In this document: in pieces, positions 17,635 to 26,893 of the stretch
Layout: each line of letters begins with the position of its first letter
How positions within the stretch are numbered: position 1 is the stretch's first letter
Assembly: GCA_041496385.1 (NCBI GenBank)
Contig: JBGQEL010000001.1
Span: 1-64,000, forward strand
Source of the DNA: Candidatus Methylomirabilia bacterium
GTDB taxonomy: Bacteria; Methylomirabilota; Methylomirabilia; Rokubacteriales; CSP1-6
Direction of reading: 5' to 3'
DNA: 64,000 bases
The notes under the pieces: model-generated
Seen by the model: only the letters and a program-made list of their open reading frames with translations
Told to the model about the DNA's origin: nothing
The model's database searches: none
Position numbers and translations under genes: made by a program

Positions 17635-18380
17635 CCGAGCCTCGTTTTCTCCCATACCTTCGCCGCGCGGACGAACACATAGTACGCGTAGAGGACCGCC
17701 AGAAGGAAGCCTCGCCAGCCGTCGAGGAATCCGCGGCGGACGACGTACATCGAGAGGAAGCGTCCCAGGGGTCCGAGCACGAGGTTCCCCACCCGCGCCC
17801 CGCGTCCGCTCGCCACCCACTCGTCGGCGGCGAGGGTCGAGTACCGGTCGGCACGCGCGAGAAAATCGGCGACGCCCCGGTAGCTCCGATGGATGAGCGG
17901 CGCGTCGAGGCGTCCGACCGGGCCGGATACATCCAGCGATTCGTGGACCGCCCGCTCGACGAAACGCCCCTGGCCGCGCCGGAACAGCCGCAGCTGCCAG
18001 TCGGGATAGAGTCCGCCGTGGCGGATCCAGCGTCCCCACATGATGTTGCGTCGGGGGATGCGGTAGCCCGCGGTCTCACCCGCCGCGACGGCCCCGAGGA
18101 TCGCGTGCTTCAGCTCGGGCGATACCTCCTCGTCGGCGTCGAGCGACAGGATCCAGTCGCCCGTCGCCTGCGCGAGGCCGAAGTTCTTCTGGGCGGCGAA
18201 GCCCGGCCACGGCCGGACGAAGAGGCGGTCGGTGAACTCGCGCGCGATCGAAGGCGTCTTGTCGGCGGATTCCGCGTCCACGACGACGAGGTCGTCCGCC
18301 CACGCCGCGCTTTCGAGACAGGTTCGGAGATGGGTCTCCTCGTTGAACGTGATGACGACGACGGAGATCCGTGGCCTCAC
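17631..18380 (-). CDS. GT2 glycosyltransferase (LPS core, KdtX/WaaE-like)
   Basis: ISVVVITFNEE, WPGFAAQKN, LSLDADE, YPDWQLRLF, GFLDGWRG. Confidence 0.88.
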   Translation of the reverse strand: MRPRISVVVITFNEETHLRTCLESAAWADDLVVVDAESADKTPSIAREFTDRLFVRPWPGFAAQKNFGLAQATGDWILSLDADEEVSPELKHAILGAVAAGETAGYRIPRRNIMWGRWIRHGGLYPDWQLRLFRRGQGRFVERAVHESLDVSGPVGRLDAPLIHRSYRGVADFLARADRYSTLAADEWVASGRGARVGNLVLGPLGRFLSMYVVRRGFLDGWRGFLLAVLYAYYVFVRAAKVWEKTRLG

Positions 18381-19378
18381 GGCCCGAGCGCCTCCTGGAC
18401 CGCTGCGAGGACCGGGCCCACCGCGAGCGAGGCGAGCCGGCCGTCGGGGCTCGCGAGGGCCCGCTGGCGCCAGGGCCCGTTCCGCTCCGGCGAGGTCGGC
18501 CCGTAGAGGCCGACGCAGGGTACGCCGAGCGCGGCCGCGAGGTGGAGTGGGCCGGTGTCGCCGGCGACGACCACGCTCGCGCGGCGGAGAACCGCGATCA
18601 GGGCGTCGAGGTCGGTCGGCGGCGCCAGGACCACCCGTTCGGAGGGCTCGCCCGAGGCGATCGCCCGCGCGAGTTCGAGCTCCGTCGGTCCCCAGACGAC
18701 GACCACCGCGGCGCCGGCGTCGGCCACGAGCCGGCCCGCGAGCGCGCGGAACCGCTCGCCGGGCCATCGCTTGTCGGCCCTGCCCGCGCCCGGGTTGAGG
18801 ACGACCAGTCGATTCCCCGCCTTGAGGCCGGCGGTCGCGAGGAACGCGTCCACGCCGGACTCGGCGTCGGCGTCGGCGGGCAACGGAAACTCCACGCGCT
18901 CGCCCGCCACGCCGAGCGGTTCCGCGAGCGCCAGGTATTGCTCGACCACGTGCCGCCTGGCCGCGGGCGGGGTGACGCGATGGTTGGCGAACAGCGCGGC
19001 GAGCGGCTCGCGACAGTGCGACGCCGCGAATCCGATGCGGAGCGGTGCGCGCGTCGCCGCGGCCAGCAGGCCGCTCTTGATGAGCCCTTGAAGGTCCAGG
19101 GCCACGTCGAAGCGGGCCGCGGTGAGGTGGCGCATCAGCTCGGCCAGCTCTCCGGCCACCCGCGCCGCGGCGACGGGCGAGCGGCAACGCCGCCAGCCGC
19201 GTGTGTCCACGGGGATCACCTCGGACAGCGCCGGATGGCCGCGCAGGACCGCCGCCTCACGCCGCTCGACGATCCACGCGAGCCGGGCGCCCGGCAGGCA
19301 CGCCCGGATCGCCCCCGCGACGGGCAGCGCGTGGACGACGTCGCCGAGCGAGGAGAGCTTGACGATGGCGATGTTCAC
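18377..19378 (-). CDS. waaC: LPS heptosyltransferase I (GT9)
   Basis: IVKLSSLGDVVH, DLQGLIKS, KRWP, GDTGPLHLAAA, LYGPT. Confidence 0.9.
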   Translation of the reverse strand: MNIAIVKLSSLGDVVHALPVAGAIRACLPGARLAWIVERREAAVLRGHPALSEVIPVDTRGWRRCRSPVAAARVAGELAELMRHLTAARFDVALDLQGLIKSGLLAAATRAPLRIGFAASHCREPLAALFANHRVTPPAARRHVVEQYLALAEPLGVAGERVEFPLPADADAESGVDAFLATAGLKAGNRLVVLNPGAGRADKRWPGERFRALAGRLVADAGAAVVVVWGPTELELARAIASGEPSERVVLAPPTDLDALIAVLRRASVVVAGDTGPLHLAAALGVPCVGLYGPTSPERNGPWRQRALASPDGRLASLAVGPVLAAVQEALGP

Positions 19379-19839
19379 CGGAAGCGCTCGAGGATGCGCT
19401 CGATCAGGTCGCGTGTGGAATGACGCTTCGGGTCGCCGACCACCGCGGTCCGCCCGCCGAGCCCGCGCATGGTCGCGCCTTCCGGGACCGACTCCGGCGT
19501 GTAGTCGGTGCCCTTGGCATGAACGTCCGGGCGGAGCCGCTCGAGCAGCCGGTCCGCGCGATCGTCGTCGAAGACGACGACGTGGTCGACGTCGCGCAGC
19601 GCCCGGAGCATCTCGACGCGCTCGGCGGCGGGGACGAGCGGCCGGCCGGCGCCCTTGAGGCGGGCCACCGCGGCGTCGGAGTTGAGCCCGACGAAGAGCA
19701 CGTCGCCGAGGCGTCGTGCCTCGTGCAGATACCGGAGATGACCGACGTGCAGAAGGTCGAAACATCCGTTGGCGAGAACGATGCGCTTGCCCTCGGCCCG
19801 AAGCCGCTCGGCGAGCGCCGCGGCCTCGTCGAGCGTCAC
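19375..19839 (-). CDS. rfaE2: D-glycero-beta-D-manno-heptose 1-phosphate adenylyltransferase (stand-alone HldE domain II)
   Basis: ANGCFDLLHVGHLRYL, GLNSDAAVARLKG, HAKGTDY. Confidence 0.9.
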   Translation of the reverse strand: MTLDEAAALAERLRAEGKRIVLANGCFDLLHVGHLRYLHEARRLGDVLFVGLNSDAAVARLKGAGRPLVPAAERVEMLRALRDVDHVVVFDDDRADRLLERLRPDVHAKGTDYTPESVPEGATMRGLGGRTAVVGDPKRHSTRDLIERILERFR

Positions 19840-20834
19840 GAGTCGAGGGCCCGGCGCAGCTCGTCCCGGGTGACCGTCGCCGTCCCGCGCTTCATGACGA
19901 CGAGGCCGCCGGCGACGTTGGCCAGCGTGGCGGCTTCCGCGGGCGCGGCGCGGCACGCGAGCGCGAGCGTGAACGCCCCGATGACCGTATCCCCCGCGCC
20001 GGTGACGTCGGCGATCTCGTCGGTTCCGTGGATCGGGATGAACGTCGTGGCACCGTCGCGCTCGAGGAGCGCCATGCCCTGGCTGCCACGCGTCACGAGG
20101 AGCAGCCGCGCGTCCAGGCGCTCGAGGAGCTGGCGGCCCGCCTTCTCCACTCCCCGCTCGTCGCCCGCCGGCATTCCCGTGAGCAGCTCGAGCTCGTCCT
20201 CGTTGGGCGTCGCCGCGGTGACGCCGGTGAAGCGCGGGAGCTGGTAGCGGCTGTCCACGCTCACGATCGTGCCGGCGCGCCGCGCCATCGTCCGGACCCG
20301 CTCGAAGACGCGCGGCGTCACGCTGCCGTACCCGTAGTCCGAGATGAGGACGGCATCGGCGCGCGTTGCGAGCGCGGAGAGCCGTCCGAGGAGCGCGTCC
20401 TCGGTCGTCGGCATCAGCTCGCCGGCGGGCTCGCGATCCACGCGCACGACCTGCTGGCGGGTGGACTGGTAGCCGCCGGCCATGATCCGCGACTTCACCG
20501 GCGTCGTGCGCCCCGCCTCCACGACGACCCCGTCGGTCGGGATGCCGGCCGCGCGGAAGAGCGCCACGACCTCGTCGCCCGCCGCGTCGCGCCCGACGAC
20601 CCCGATCGGGACGACACGCGCGCCGAGCGCGTGCACGTTGTGGGCCGCGTTCGCCGCGCCGCCCAGGAGCACCTCACGCTGCGCGAAGCGCAGGATCAGC
20701 ACCGGCGCCTCGCGCGAGATCCGGGCGGGCTTGCCGAACAGGTACTCGTCGTTGATGAGGTCGCCGAGGATGACGACCGTCCGCGAGGCGAAGCCGTCGA
20801 TCGCCGCGCGCATGCGCGCGTGGGCGTCCGTCAC
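19836..20834 (-). CDS. rfaE1: D-glycero-beta-D-manno-heptose 7-phosphate kinase (stand-alone HldE domain I, PfkB family)
   Basis: RISREAPV, GGAANAA, SDYGYG, TPNEDE, DVTGAGDTV. Confidence 0.9.
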   Translation of the reverse strand: MTDAHARMRAAIDGFASRTVVILGDLINDEYLFGKPARISREAPVLILRFAQREVLLGGAANAAHNVHALGARVVPIGVVGRDAAGDEVVALFRAAGIPTDGVVVEAGRTTPVKSRIMAGGYQSTRQQVVRVDREPAGELMPTTEDALLGRLSALATRADAVLISDYGYGSVTPRVFERVRTMARRAGTIVSVDSRYQLPRFTGVTAATPNEDELELLTGMPAGDERGVEKAGRQLLERLDARLLLVTRGSQGMALLERDGATTFIPIHGTDEIADVTGAGDTVIGAFTLALACRAAPAEAATLANVAGGLVVMKRGTATVTRDELRRALDS

Positions 20835-21412
20835 GCGGATCGCCCCGCGAGCACCCAGTCCACGGCGTCGAGCAGGTCCTCGGCGACGTGCTCGGGCGGG
20901 ACGGGGAACGTCGCGCGCCGGTACTCCCATTCCCCGAGCCCGTAGCCCGTGAGCACGAGCACGGGCGTGGCGCCCACGGCGCGCGCCGCCACGAGGTCCG
21001 ATGGCTTGTCCCCGACGAGGGTCGCGCGCGTGAGATCGAGGCCGTGGTCCTGGGCGGCCCGCAGGAGCAGCCCGGGCTTGGGCTTGCGACAGTCGCAGTC
21101 GCCCCGATGGGGAGGCGCGCCCTCGCTCGGGTGGTGCGTGCAGACGTAGATGCCGTCGAGGTAGGCGCCCTCGTCCTTGAGCCGGGCGACGAGCTCCGCG
21201 TTCACCGCGTGCAGGACCGCCTCGGAGAAGTAGCCGCGCGCGATCCCCGTCTGGTTGGTCACGACGATCGCCGCGAGGCCCGCCGTGTTGAGACGTCGGA
21301 CCGCCTCTGCAGACCGTGGCAGGAGCCGGAGCCGCCTCGGGTGGTTGACGTACCCCACTTCCTCGGTCAGCGTCCCGTCACGATCCATGAACACCGCGGG
21401 ACGGGCTACCAC
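20831..21412 (-). CDS. gmhB: D-glycero-D-manno-heptose 1,7-bisphosphate phosphatase
   Basis: HAD motif FMDRDGT, TNQTGIARG, CTHHP...CDCRKPKPG, VGDKPSD; GTG start 21412. Confidence 0.92.
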   Translation of the reverse strand: MVARPAVFMDRDGTLTEEVGYVNHPRRLRLLPRSAEAVRRLNTAGLAAIVVTNQTGIARGYFSEAVLHAVNAELVARLKDEGAYLDGIYVCTHHPSEGAPPHRGDCDCRKPKPGLLLRAAQDHGLDLTRATLVGDKPSDLVAARAVGATPVLVLTGYGLGEWEYRRATFPVPPEHVAEDLLDAVDWVLAGRSA

Positions 21413-21418
21413 GCGCCG

Positions 21419-21447
21419 AGTGTAAGCTCGGGGTCTTAATTTCTCAA
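21419..21447 (-). promoter_or_regulatory. Sigma70 promoter of gmhB, predicted leaderless
   Basis: Minus strand TTGAGA-N17-TACACT-N6-GTG. Confidence 0.7.
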
Positions 21448-22556
21448 GAAAAATCGCACGTTGCACGTGTGAAGCGACTGTAAACGCGGGCGAAACCCGC
21501 CACCTGGGCCGCAAACGTGAACGGCTCGGCCGAGCGTCGCGCCGCAGCCGACACCTCTGGCGCGCGCGCCTCCCGCAGACGTCCGAGCGCGGCCGCGAGG
21601 CCCACCACGTCCAGCGGATCGGCGACGGCGCCGTTCGCGCCGTCCTCGATCACCTCGGCGCCGCCGGCGGCCGTGCTGGCGAGGACCGGGACGCCCGATG
21701 CCAGCGCTTCCAGGTGGACGTTGCCGAAGGGCTCGTAGCGGCTCGGTAGCGCGACGATATCGGCGGCCGCGTACCAGCGCTCCGCGTCGTTGCGCGGACC
21801 GAGCCAGACGACGCGCTCGTCGACGCTCAGGCGGAGGGCCAGCCGGCGGAAGGGTCTGGTGTCCCCCTTGCCGATCACGAGCAGCCGGCTCGTGCGTTCG
21901 CCGAACACGGCGAACGCCTCGAGGAGGGTCGCGAGCCCTTTGCGCTCGAAGCCGCTGCCCATGAAGACGACGGTCCAGGCCTCGCGCGCCACGCCCGCCT
22001 CGGCGCGCGCGGACGAGCCGAGCGCGGCGCGGTTTCGCGGGTGGAAGCGCTCGAGGTCCACGCCGTTGTAGACGACCGACAGGCGCGTGGGGGCCACGCG
22101 ATAGAGCCCGGCGATCTCGGCGGCGCCGCGCCGCGAGATCGCGACGATCTCGGGCGTGCCGGAGAACGCGCGGCGCTCCAGGCCGAGGATGATGCGGTGA
22201 TAGAGCGTGCGCGCGCGCGAGGGGCCGGCGCCGCTCGCGAGGTAGGCCCGGTGGCAACCCTCCCCCGCCCGGTAGACGTCCTGACGGATCGTGCGCTCGT
22301 GGCTCTGAACGATATCCCAGCTCCGCCTGGCGACGGCGAGCCGTGCCGCCACGGCGAACGCGAGCGCGCGCGCCGAGGATGGCAGGCGTGGCAGCCTGAG
22401 GGCGTGGTGGGTCACTCCGGGCACGGCGTAGGGGCCGCCGGTCGTGAGCAGATGCACGTCGTAGCCGTGCTCGACCAGCCCGCCGACGAGCCCCGCGGTG
22501 GCGCGCTCGACGCCGCCGTGAAAGGAGAACGGTCGCGCGATGACGAGCAGCTTCAC
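21444..22556 (-). CDS. GT4 glycosyltransferase (WaaG/WabG-like LPS core)
   Basis: GGVER, IVQSHER, DVYRAGEGCH, GSGFERKG, YEPFGNVHLEALA. Confidence 0.88.
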   Translation of the reverse strand: MKLLVIARPFSFHGGVERATAGLVGGLVEHGYDVHLLTTGGPYAVPGVTHHALRLPRLPSSARALAFAVAARLAVARRSWDIVQSHERTIRQDVYRAGEGCHRAYLASGAGPSRARTLYHRIILGLERRAFSGTPEIVAISRRGAAEIAGLYRVAPTRLSVVYNGVDLERFHPRNRAALGSSARAEAGVAREAWTVVFMGSGFERKGLATLLEAFAVFGERTSRLLVIGKGDTRPFRRLALRLSVDERVVWLGPRNDAERWYAAADIVALPSRYEPFGNVHLEALASGVPVLASTAAGGAEVIEDGANGAVADPLDVVGLAAALGRLREARAPEVSAAARRSAEPFTFAAQVAGFARVYSRFTRATCDFS

Positions 22557-23674
22557 CGGGGTGCGAGCTTCTCGATGAGGGGGAACAGCAGGGCGCGAGC
22601 CGCGCGGAAGCTGTAGCGCTCGTGACAGCGCTGGCGGGCCCGAACGCCGAGGGCCGCGGCCTCGGCGCGATTCTCGAGCAGCTCGCGGATGGCGCCCGCG
22701 AGTGCTCCCACGTCGCCCGGCGCGACGACGCGTCCGCAGCCCTCGAGCATCTCGGGGATCATCGAGACGGCGGTGGACACGATCGGCCGCGCCAGGGCCA
22801 TCGCATCGACCAGCTTCGCCGGGACCTGCCCCAGGGTGTCCGTCGTCGCCCGCTGGGGCACGGCCACGACGTCGGCGGCCGCGAGGTAGCGCGGCACGTC
22901 CGCGAACGGCACCCGTCCCACGAGCCTGACGTGCGGCCGTCCTGCCCAGCGACGGGCCGATGCGCTCTCGGCCTCGGCGCCGACGAGCGCGAGCAGGACG
23001 CCCGGGCCGAGCCCCGCGACGGCCTCGACGAGGTCGTCCACGCCCTTGTGGCCGTGCGGCGTGCCCAAGAACATCACGAGCCGCCGATCGCCGACGCCGA
23101 GCGCGGCCCGTGCCCAGGCCGCGTCATAGCGCGCAGGGTCCCAGGCCTCCGTGTCGCGGGCGTGCGTGATCAGCGTGCCGCCGAACCGCGCCTCGAGAAA
23201 TCGCGAGGCGACCGTGAGCGCGTCGGCGCGACGGACGAGCCGCTCCATGATCCAGGTCCACGCGAGGCCGTTGGGGTCGGCGAGGTCGAGCGCGCGCCCG
23301 ACGCGTCCCCAGGCGCCCGAGCGGTAGAAGAAGCCGAGCTCCCAGTCGTCGATGTCGAGCAGGAGCGGGCGGCGCCGGCGCGCGCGCGCGAGCAGCCCGA
23401 GGCCGTAGCTGGTCGGGCGCGGCTTCGAGGCCACGAGCACGTCACCGTCCGCGAGGGCGACGAGCCGCGGAAGCGTCCTGAGGAACCCGGGGCACTTCCC
23501 CGCGGGGATGGCACGGTGGGCGACATCGCCGCCCTGCGCCGGCTTCCAGAGCTCGGGTCCGAACCGCGGGCCGACGACCTCGACCTCCCAGCGCGGCGCC
23601 AGGAGCCGGGCCAGCAGGTCCGCGCGCCCCGTCGCGTTGTCGGCGAGGTCGAACGCGAGGACCGAGATCTTCAC
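22553..23674 (-). CDS. GT4 glycosyltransferase
   Basis: LLDIDDWE, FLGTPHGHKG, QVPAKLVDAMALARPIV. Confidence 0.85.
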   Translation of the reverse strand: MKISVLAFDLADNATGRADLLARLLAPRWEVEVVGPRFGPELWKPAQGGDVAHRAIPAGKCPGFLRTLPRLVALADGDVLVASKPRPTSYGLGLLARARRRRPLLLDIDDWELGFFYRSGAWGRVGRALDLADPNGLAWTWIMERLVRRADALTVASRFLEARFGGTLITHARDTEAWDPARYDAAWARAALGVGDRRLVMFLGTPHGHKGVDDLVEAVAGLGPGVLLALVGAEAESASARRWAGRPHVRLVGRVPFADVPRYLAAADVVAVPQRATTDTLGQVPAKLVDAMALARPIVSTAVSMIPEMLEGCGRVVAPGDVGALAGAIRELLENRAEAAALGVRARQRCHERYSFRAARALLFPLIEKLAPR

Positions 23675-24792
23675 GCGCCCGCGACCGCGAGCCGCGCGTA
23701 GCGGGCCTCGAGCGCCTCGGCGACCCGCGCCCCGGAGTACCTCCGCTCGACGAGCGTACGGCCCGCTGACCCGAGCCGGGCGCGTGCGGCGGCGTCGCCC
23801 AGGAGCCGCGCCAGGGCGCCGGCCAGCGCCGCGGCGTCACCGGCCGGAACGAGCACGGCGTCGGCACCGTCCTGCAGCGCCTCGGGCACGACGCCGACGC
23901 GGGAGGCGATGAGCGGACGGCCCGCCGCGAGGCACTCGAAGACGACGCGCGACATGCCGTCCGACTCGAGCGGGACGTAGAGGCTGACGTCGAGCGCCGC
24001 GAGCACGGCCGGGACCTCGTCGAGCCAGCCCGAGATCGTGAACTGCGCGTCGAGTCCCGCGCGCTGGATCGCGTCGCGCACGGAGGCCTCCGTGCCGCCC
24101 TTGCCGATGAACGCGAAGCGCGGCCGGAGCCCGGCGCGCGCGAGGCTCGCGGCGGCCTCCACGACGACGTGATGCCCCTTCATCACGCGGAGCCCGGCGA
24201 GCATGCCGACGAGCGGGCGGTCGCCGTCGGCGCCCAGACGGGACCGCACGGCGGGATCGGCGGGCAGCGGGCGGTAGAGCTCGGCGTCGGCGCCGCCCGG
24301 CAGGGTCGTTACCCGTTCCGCGGGGATCAGCCCGGCGGCGAGGTACTGGCGGCGGATCGCCTCCGTCACCGTCACCACCCAGGCGGTGGCCCGGCGGTAG
24401 AGCCAGCGGTTCGCGGCGTGCGGGCGCACGGCCTGCGCGATGTGGCGCGTCCTCACGAGCGGCTTCGGCGTGCTGCTCACGCGGTTGGCCACCGCGGCCA
24501 GCCAGTGCTCCTTGCCACGATGAACGTGCACGATGTCCATCCCCCGGAGGCGTCGCGCCAGGCTGCGCACGTCGGCGGCGTCGGCTCCCGGCGCGAGCCC
24601 GCTCGCAAACCTGAACGTCTCGACGTGGCTGACGCCCTCGCGCCGGGCGGGTTCCAGCACGCGCGCCTCGGTCCCCGCGCGGCAGCCGAGGATGACGTCG
24701 TGGCCGCGCCGCTCCAGCTCACGCGTGATCCGCGCGGCCCAGTAGGCGTCCGATGACCAGCCGCGGCAGGACATGAGCTGGAGGATCTTCAC
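23671..24792 (-). CDS. GT4 glycosyltransferase
   Basis: GTG 24792; IVHVH, LVRTRH, KGH, SDGMSRVVFECLAAGRP. Confidence 0.85.
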   Translation of the reverse strand: MKILQLMSCRGWSSDAYWAARITRELERRGHDVILGCRAGTEARVLEPARREGVSHVETFRFASGLAPGADAADVRSLARRLRGMDIVHVHRGKEHWLAAVANRVSSTPKPLVRTRHIAQAVRPHAANRWLYRRATAWVVTVTEAIRRQYLAAGLIPAERVTTLPGGADAELYRPLPADPAVRSRLGADGDRPLVGMLAGLRVMKGHHVVVEAAASLARAGLRPRFAFIGKGGTEASVRDAIQRAGLDAQFTISGWLDEVPAVLAALDVSLYVPLESDGMSRVVFECLAAGRPLIASRVGVVPEALQDGADAVLVPAGDAAALAGALARLLGDAAARARLGSAGRTLVERRYSGARVAEALEARYARLAVAGA

Positions 24793-25895
24793 GCGAGGCT
24801 CCGATAGACGCGCTCGACCGTGTCCACCGAGCGCTCGGGGCTGAAGACGGTCTCGGCGCGCCGGCGCCCGGCCAGCCCCATGGCCCGGCCGCGGCCGGTC
24901 GCGCCGAGGACCGTCGCCAGCGCCAGGGCGACGCTCTCGGGCCGGTCGTCCTCGACCAGCAGCCCGGTCTCGCCGTGAACCACGGTCTCCGGGAGCGCCC
25001 CGACGCGTCGCGCGACCACGGGCCGGGCTGCGGCCATCGCCTCGAGCGCCGCGCGGCAGGACTCGTCGGAGCCCGCGCCCATCAGCGCGAAACAATCGGC
25101 CGACGCCAGCACCGCCGGTAGATCGCGATCGCGGTAGCCGGTGAAGACGACCTCGTCGGCGAGGCCGAGCTCGGCCACCAGCTGCTCGAGCCGCGCCCGG
25201 GTCTCCCCCTTTCCGACGAGCAGCAGTCGCGCGCTCGGCAGCTCCCCGAGGAGACGGCGAAAACCGGCGAGCAGGAGGTCGTGGCCGCGGTTGGGCGCCA
25301 GGCGTGCGACGGACACGATCACCGGCGCGTCGCCGAGGGCGAACTCCTCGCGGATCGGACGTGGATCCGCCTCCGCCGCGAAGCGCGGCAGGTCCGCCGA
25401 CCCGGGGATCCAGAAGACGCGGTCGCGGGCGATGCCGACCTCGCGGCAGCGAGCCTCGATCTGGCGCGAGACGGCGAAGGCGGCCGGCGTGCGGCGATAG
25501 AGGCCGCCGGCGAGCCGGCCGCGCCTGACCGCGCGCAGGTTGTGGAAGGTCCGGACGAGCGCGGGCCGGCCCCCGCCGGGCCGAGGCGGCCGCGCCAGGA
25601 ACGCGAGCCAGTGATCGTGCGAGTGGTGGGCGTGGACCACGTCCACCGCCTCGCGCCGGATGAGCGCGCGGAGCCGCAGCGTGTCGTTCGCCACCGCGCG
25701 CGGGCGAAGAATGAGGCCGTCCACCAGGTCCAGGCCGGCCTCCCGCGCCTTGATCTCGAAGCGGTCCCCGGGAATGACACCGAGGAGCACGCGATGACCA
25801 CGCGCGCGAAGGCCGCGGACGAGCTGGATGGTCGGGTCGGCGCTGCCCGTCCACCAGCGATTCGCGGCCAGGTGCAGGACGGTCAGCGACTTCAC
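24789..25895 (-). CDS. GT4 glycosyltransferase
   Basis: GTG 25895; DVVHAHHSHDHW, VARLAPNRGH, SDESCRAALEAMAAARP, GETG. Confidence 0.85.
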   Translation of the reverse strand: MKSLTVLHLAANRWWTGSADPTIQLVRGLRARGHRVLLGVIPGDRFEIKAREAGLDLVDGLILRPRAVANDTLRLRALIRREAVDVVHAHHSHDHWLAFLARPPRPGGGRPALVRTFHNLRAVRRGRLAGGLYRRTPAAFAVSRQIEARCREVGIARDRVFWIPGSADLPRFAAEADPRPIREEFALGDAPVIVSVARLAPNRGHDLLLAGFRRLLGELPSARLLLVGKGETRARLEQLVAELGLADEVVFTGYRDRDLPAVLASADCFALMGAGSDESCRAALEAMAAARPVVARRVGALPETVVHGETGLLVEDDRPESVALALATVLGATGRGRAMGLAGRRRAETVFSPERSVDTVERVYRSLA

Positions 25896-26893
25896 CGGCG
25901 CGCCCCCAGCAGCGTCCTCACCTGCGCGGCCACGGCCTCGGCGGTGAGGCGGCGCATGCACGGGTGGTCGATGGGGCAGGTCCGGTAAAAGCACGGCGCG
26001 CAGGGCACGGCGTGCGTCACGACGGCCACCCGCCCGCGCGGAGCCGTCAGTGCGGGATCCGTCGGGCCGAAGAGCGCCACGACCGGAGTGCCGAGCGCCG
26101 CCGCCAGGTGCGCGACACCCGTGTCGCCGGCGACCAGCGCGTCCAGCTCCGACAGGAGCGCCGGCAGGAGGTCCGGGCTGTCACGCCCGACGAGGCTCGG
26201 CGCTTCGGTCTCGCTTCTCACCTCGGCCGCGAACGCCGCATCCTCCGGAGCTCCGAGCAGGAGGGGGGAGGCGCCAGTCGCCCGGCACTCGCGGCAGAAC
26301 TCGACGACGCGCTCGCGCGCCCAGACCTTGGCGCTCCCGAAGGCGGCGCCGAGGTGGACGCCGACGATCGGGCCACGCTCCCCTCGCGCACCGACCTCGT
26401 CGAGCAACGCACGCACACGGGCGCGCTCCGGCGTTGAGGCGCCGGGCGGCTCGAGCCGTGGCTCGCGCACGGCCACGTCGACGGCGAGGCACTCGACGAG
26501 CCGGACGTACTCGTCCACCTGATGGAGTCGAGGGACGGGCGGTGTCACCGCATCGGTGAGGAGCCACGTCCGGCCGCCGCCGGCGTAGCCGATCCGCCGG
26601 CGGGCACCCCAGTAGACGGCCGCCAGCGCGGCCTCCAGCGAGTTCGGCAAGAGCACCGCCGTCCCGGCATCGAACCGTCGGACTTCGTCGGCGATCCGCA
26701 GGCGTCCGCTCCAGGACCTGGGGTAGACGACGAGCGCGTCGGCGAGTCCCTGCCCCGCGAGCAGCCGCGCCCAGGGACCGGCGAGCAGGATCCCGGCGCC
26801 GCCGGCCGCGACGCGGAGCGCGCGCAGCGCGGGCACCGCCATCACGGTGTCGCCCAGCCAGTTCGGCAGCCTGACGATCAGTTTTTCGAGCAC
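25892..26893 (-). CDS. waaF: LPS heptosyltransferase II (GT9)
   Basis: RLPNWLGDTVMA, LLPNS, GAAFGSAKVW, GDTGVAHLAAA, CAPCFYRTCPIDHPCM. Confidence 0.92.
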   Translation of the reverse strand: MLEKLIVRLPNWLGDTVMAVPALRALRVAAGGAGILLAGPWARLLAGQGLADALVVYPRSWSGRLRIADEVRRFDAGTAVLLPNSLEAALAAVYWGARRRIGYAGGGRTWLLTDAVTPPVPRLHQVDEYVRLVECLAVDVAVREPRLEPPGASTPERARVRALLDEVGARGERGPIVGVHLGAAFGSAKVWARERVVEFCRECRATGASPLLLGAPEDAAFAAEVRSETEAPSLVGRDSPDLLPALLSELDALVAGDTGVAHLAAALGTPVVALFGPTDPALTAPRGRVAVVTHAVPCAPCFYRTCPIDHPCMRRLTAEAVAAQVRTLLGARR

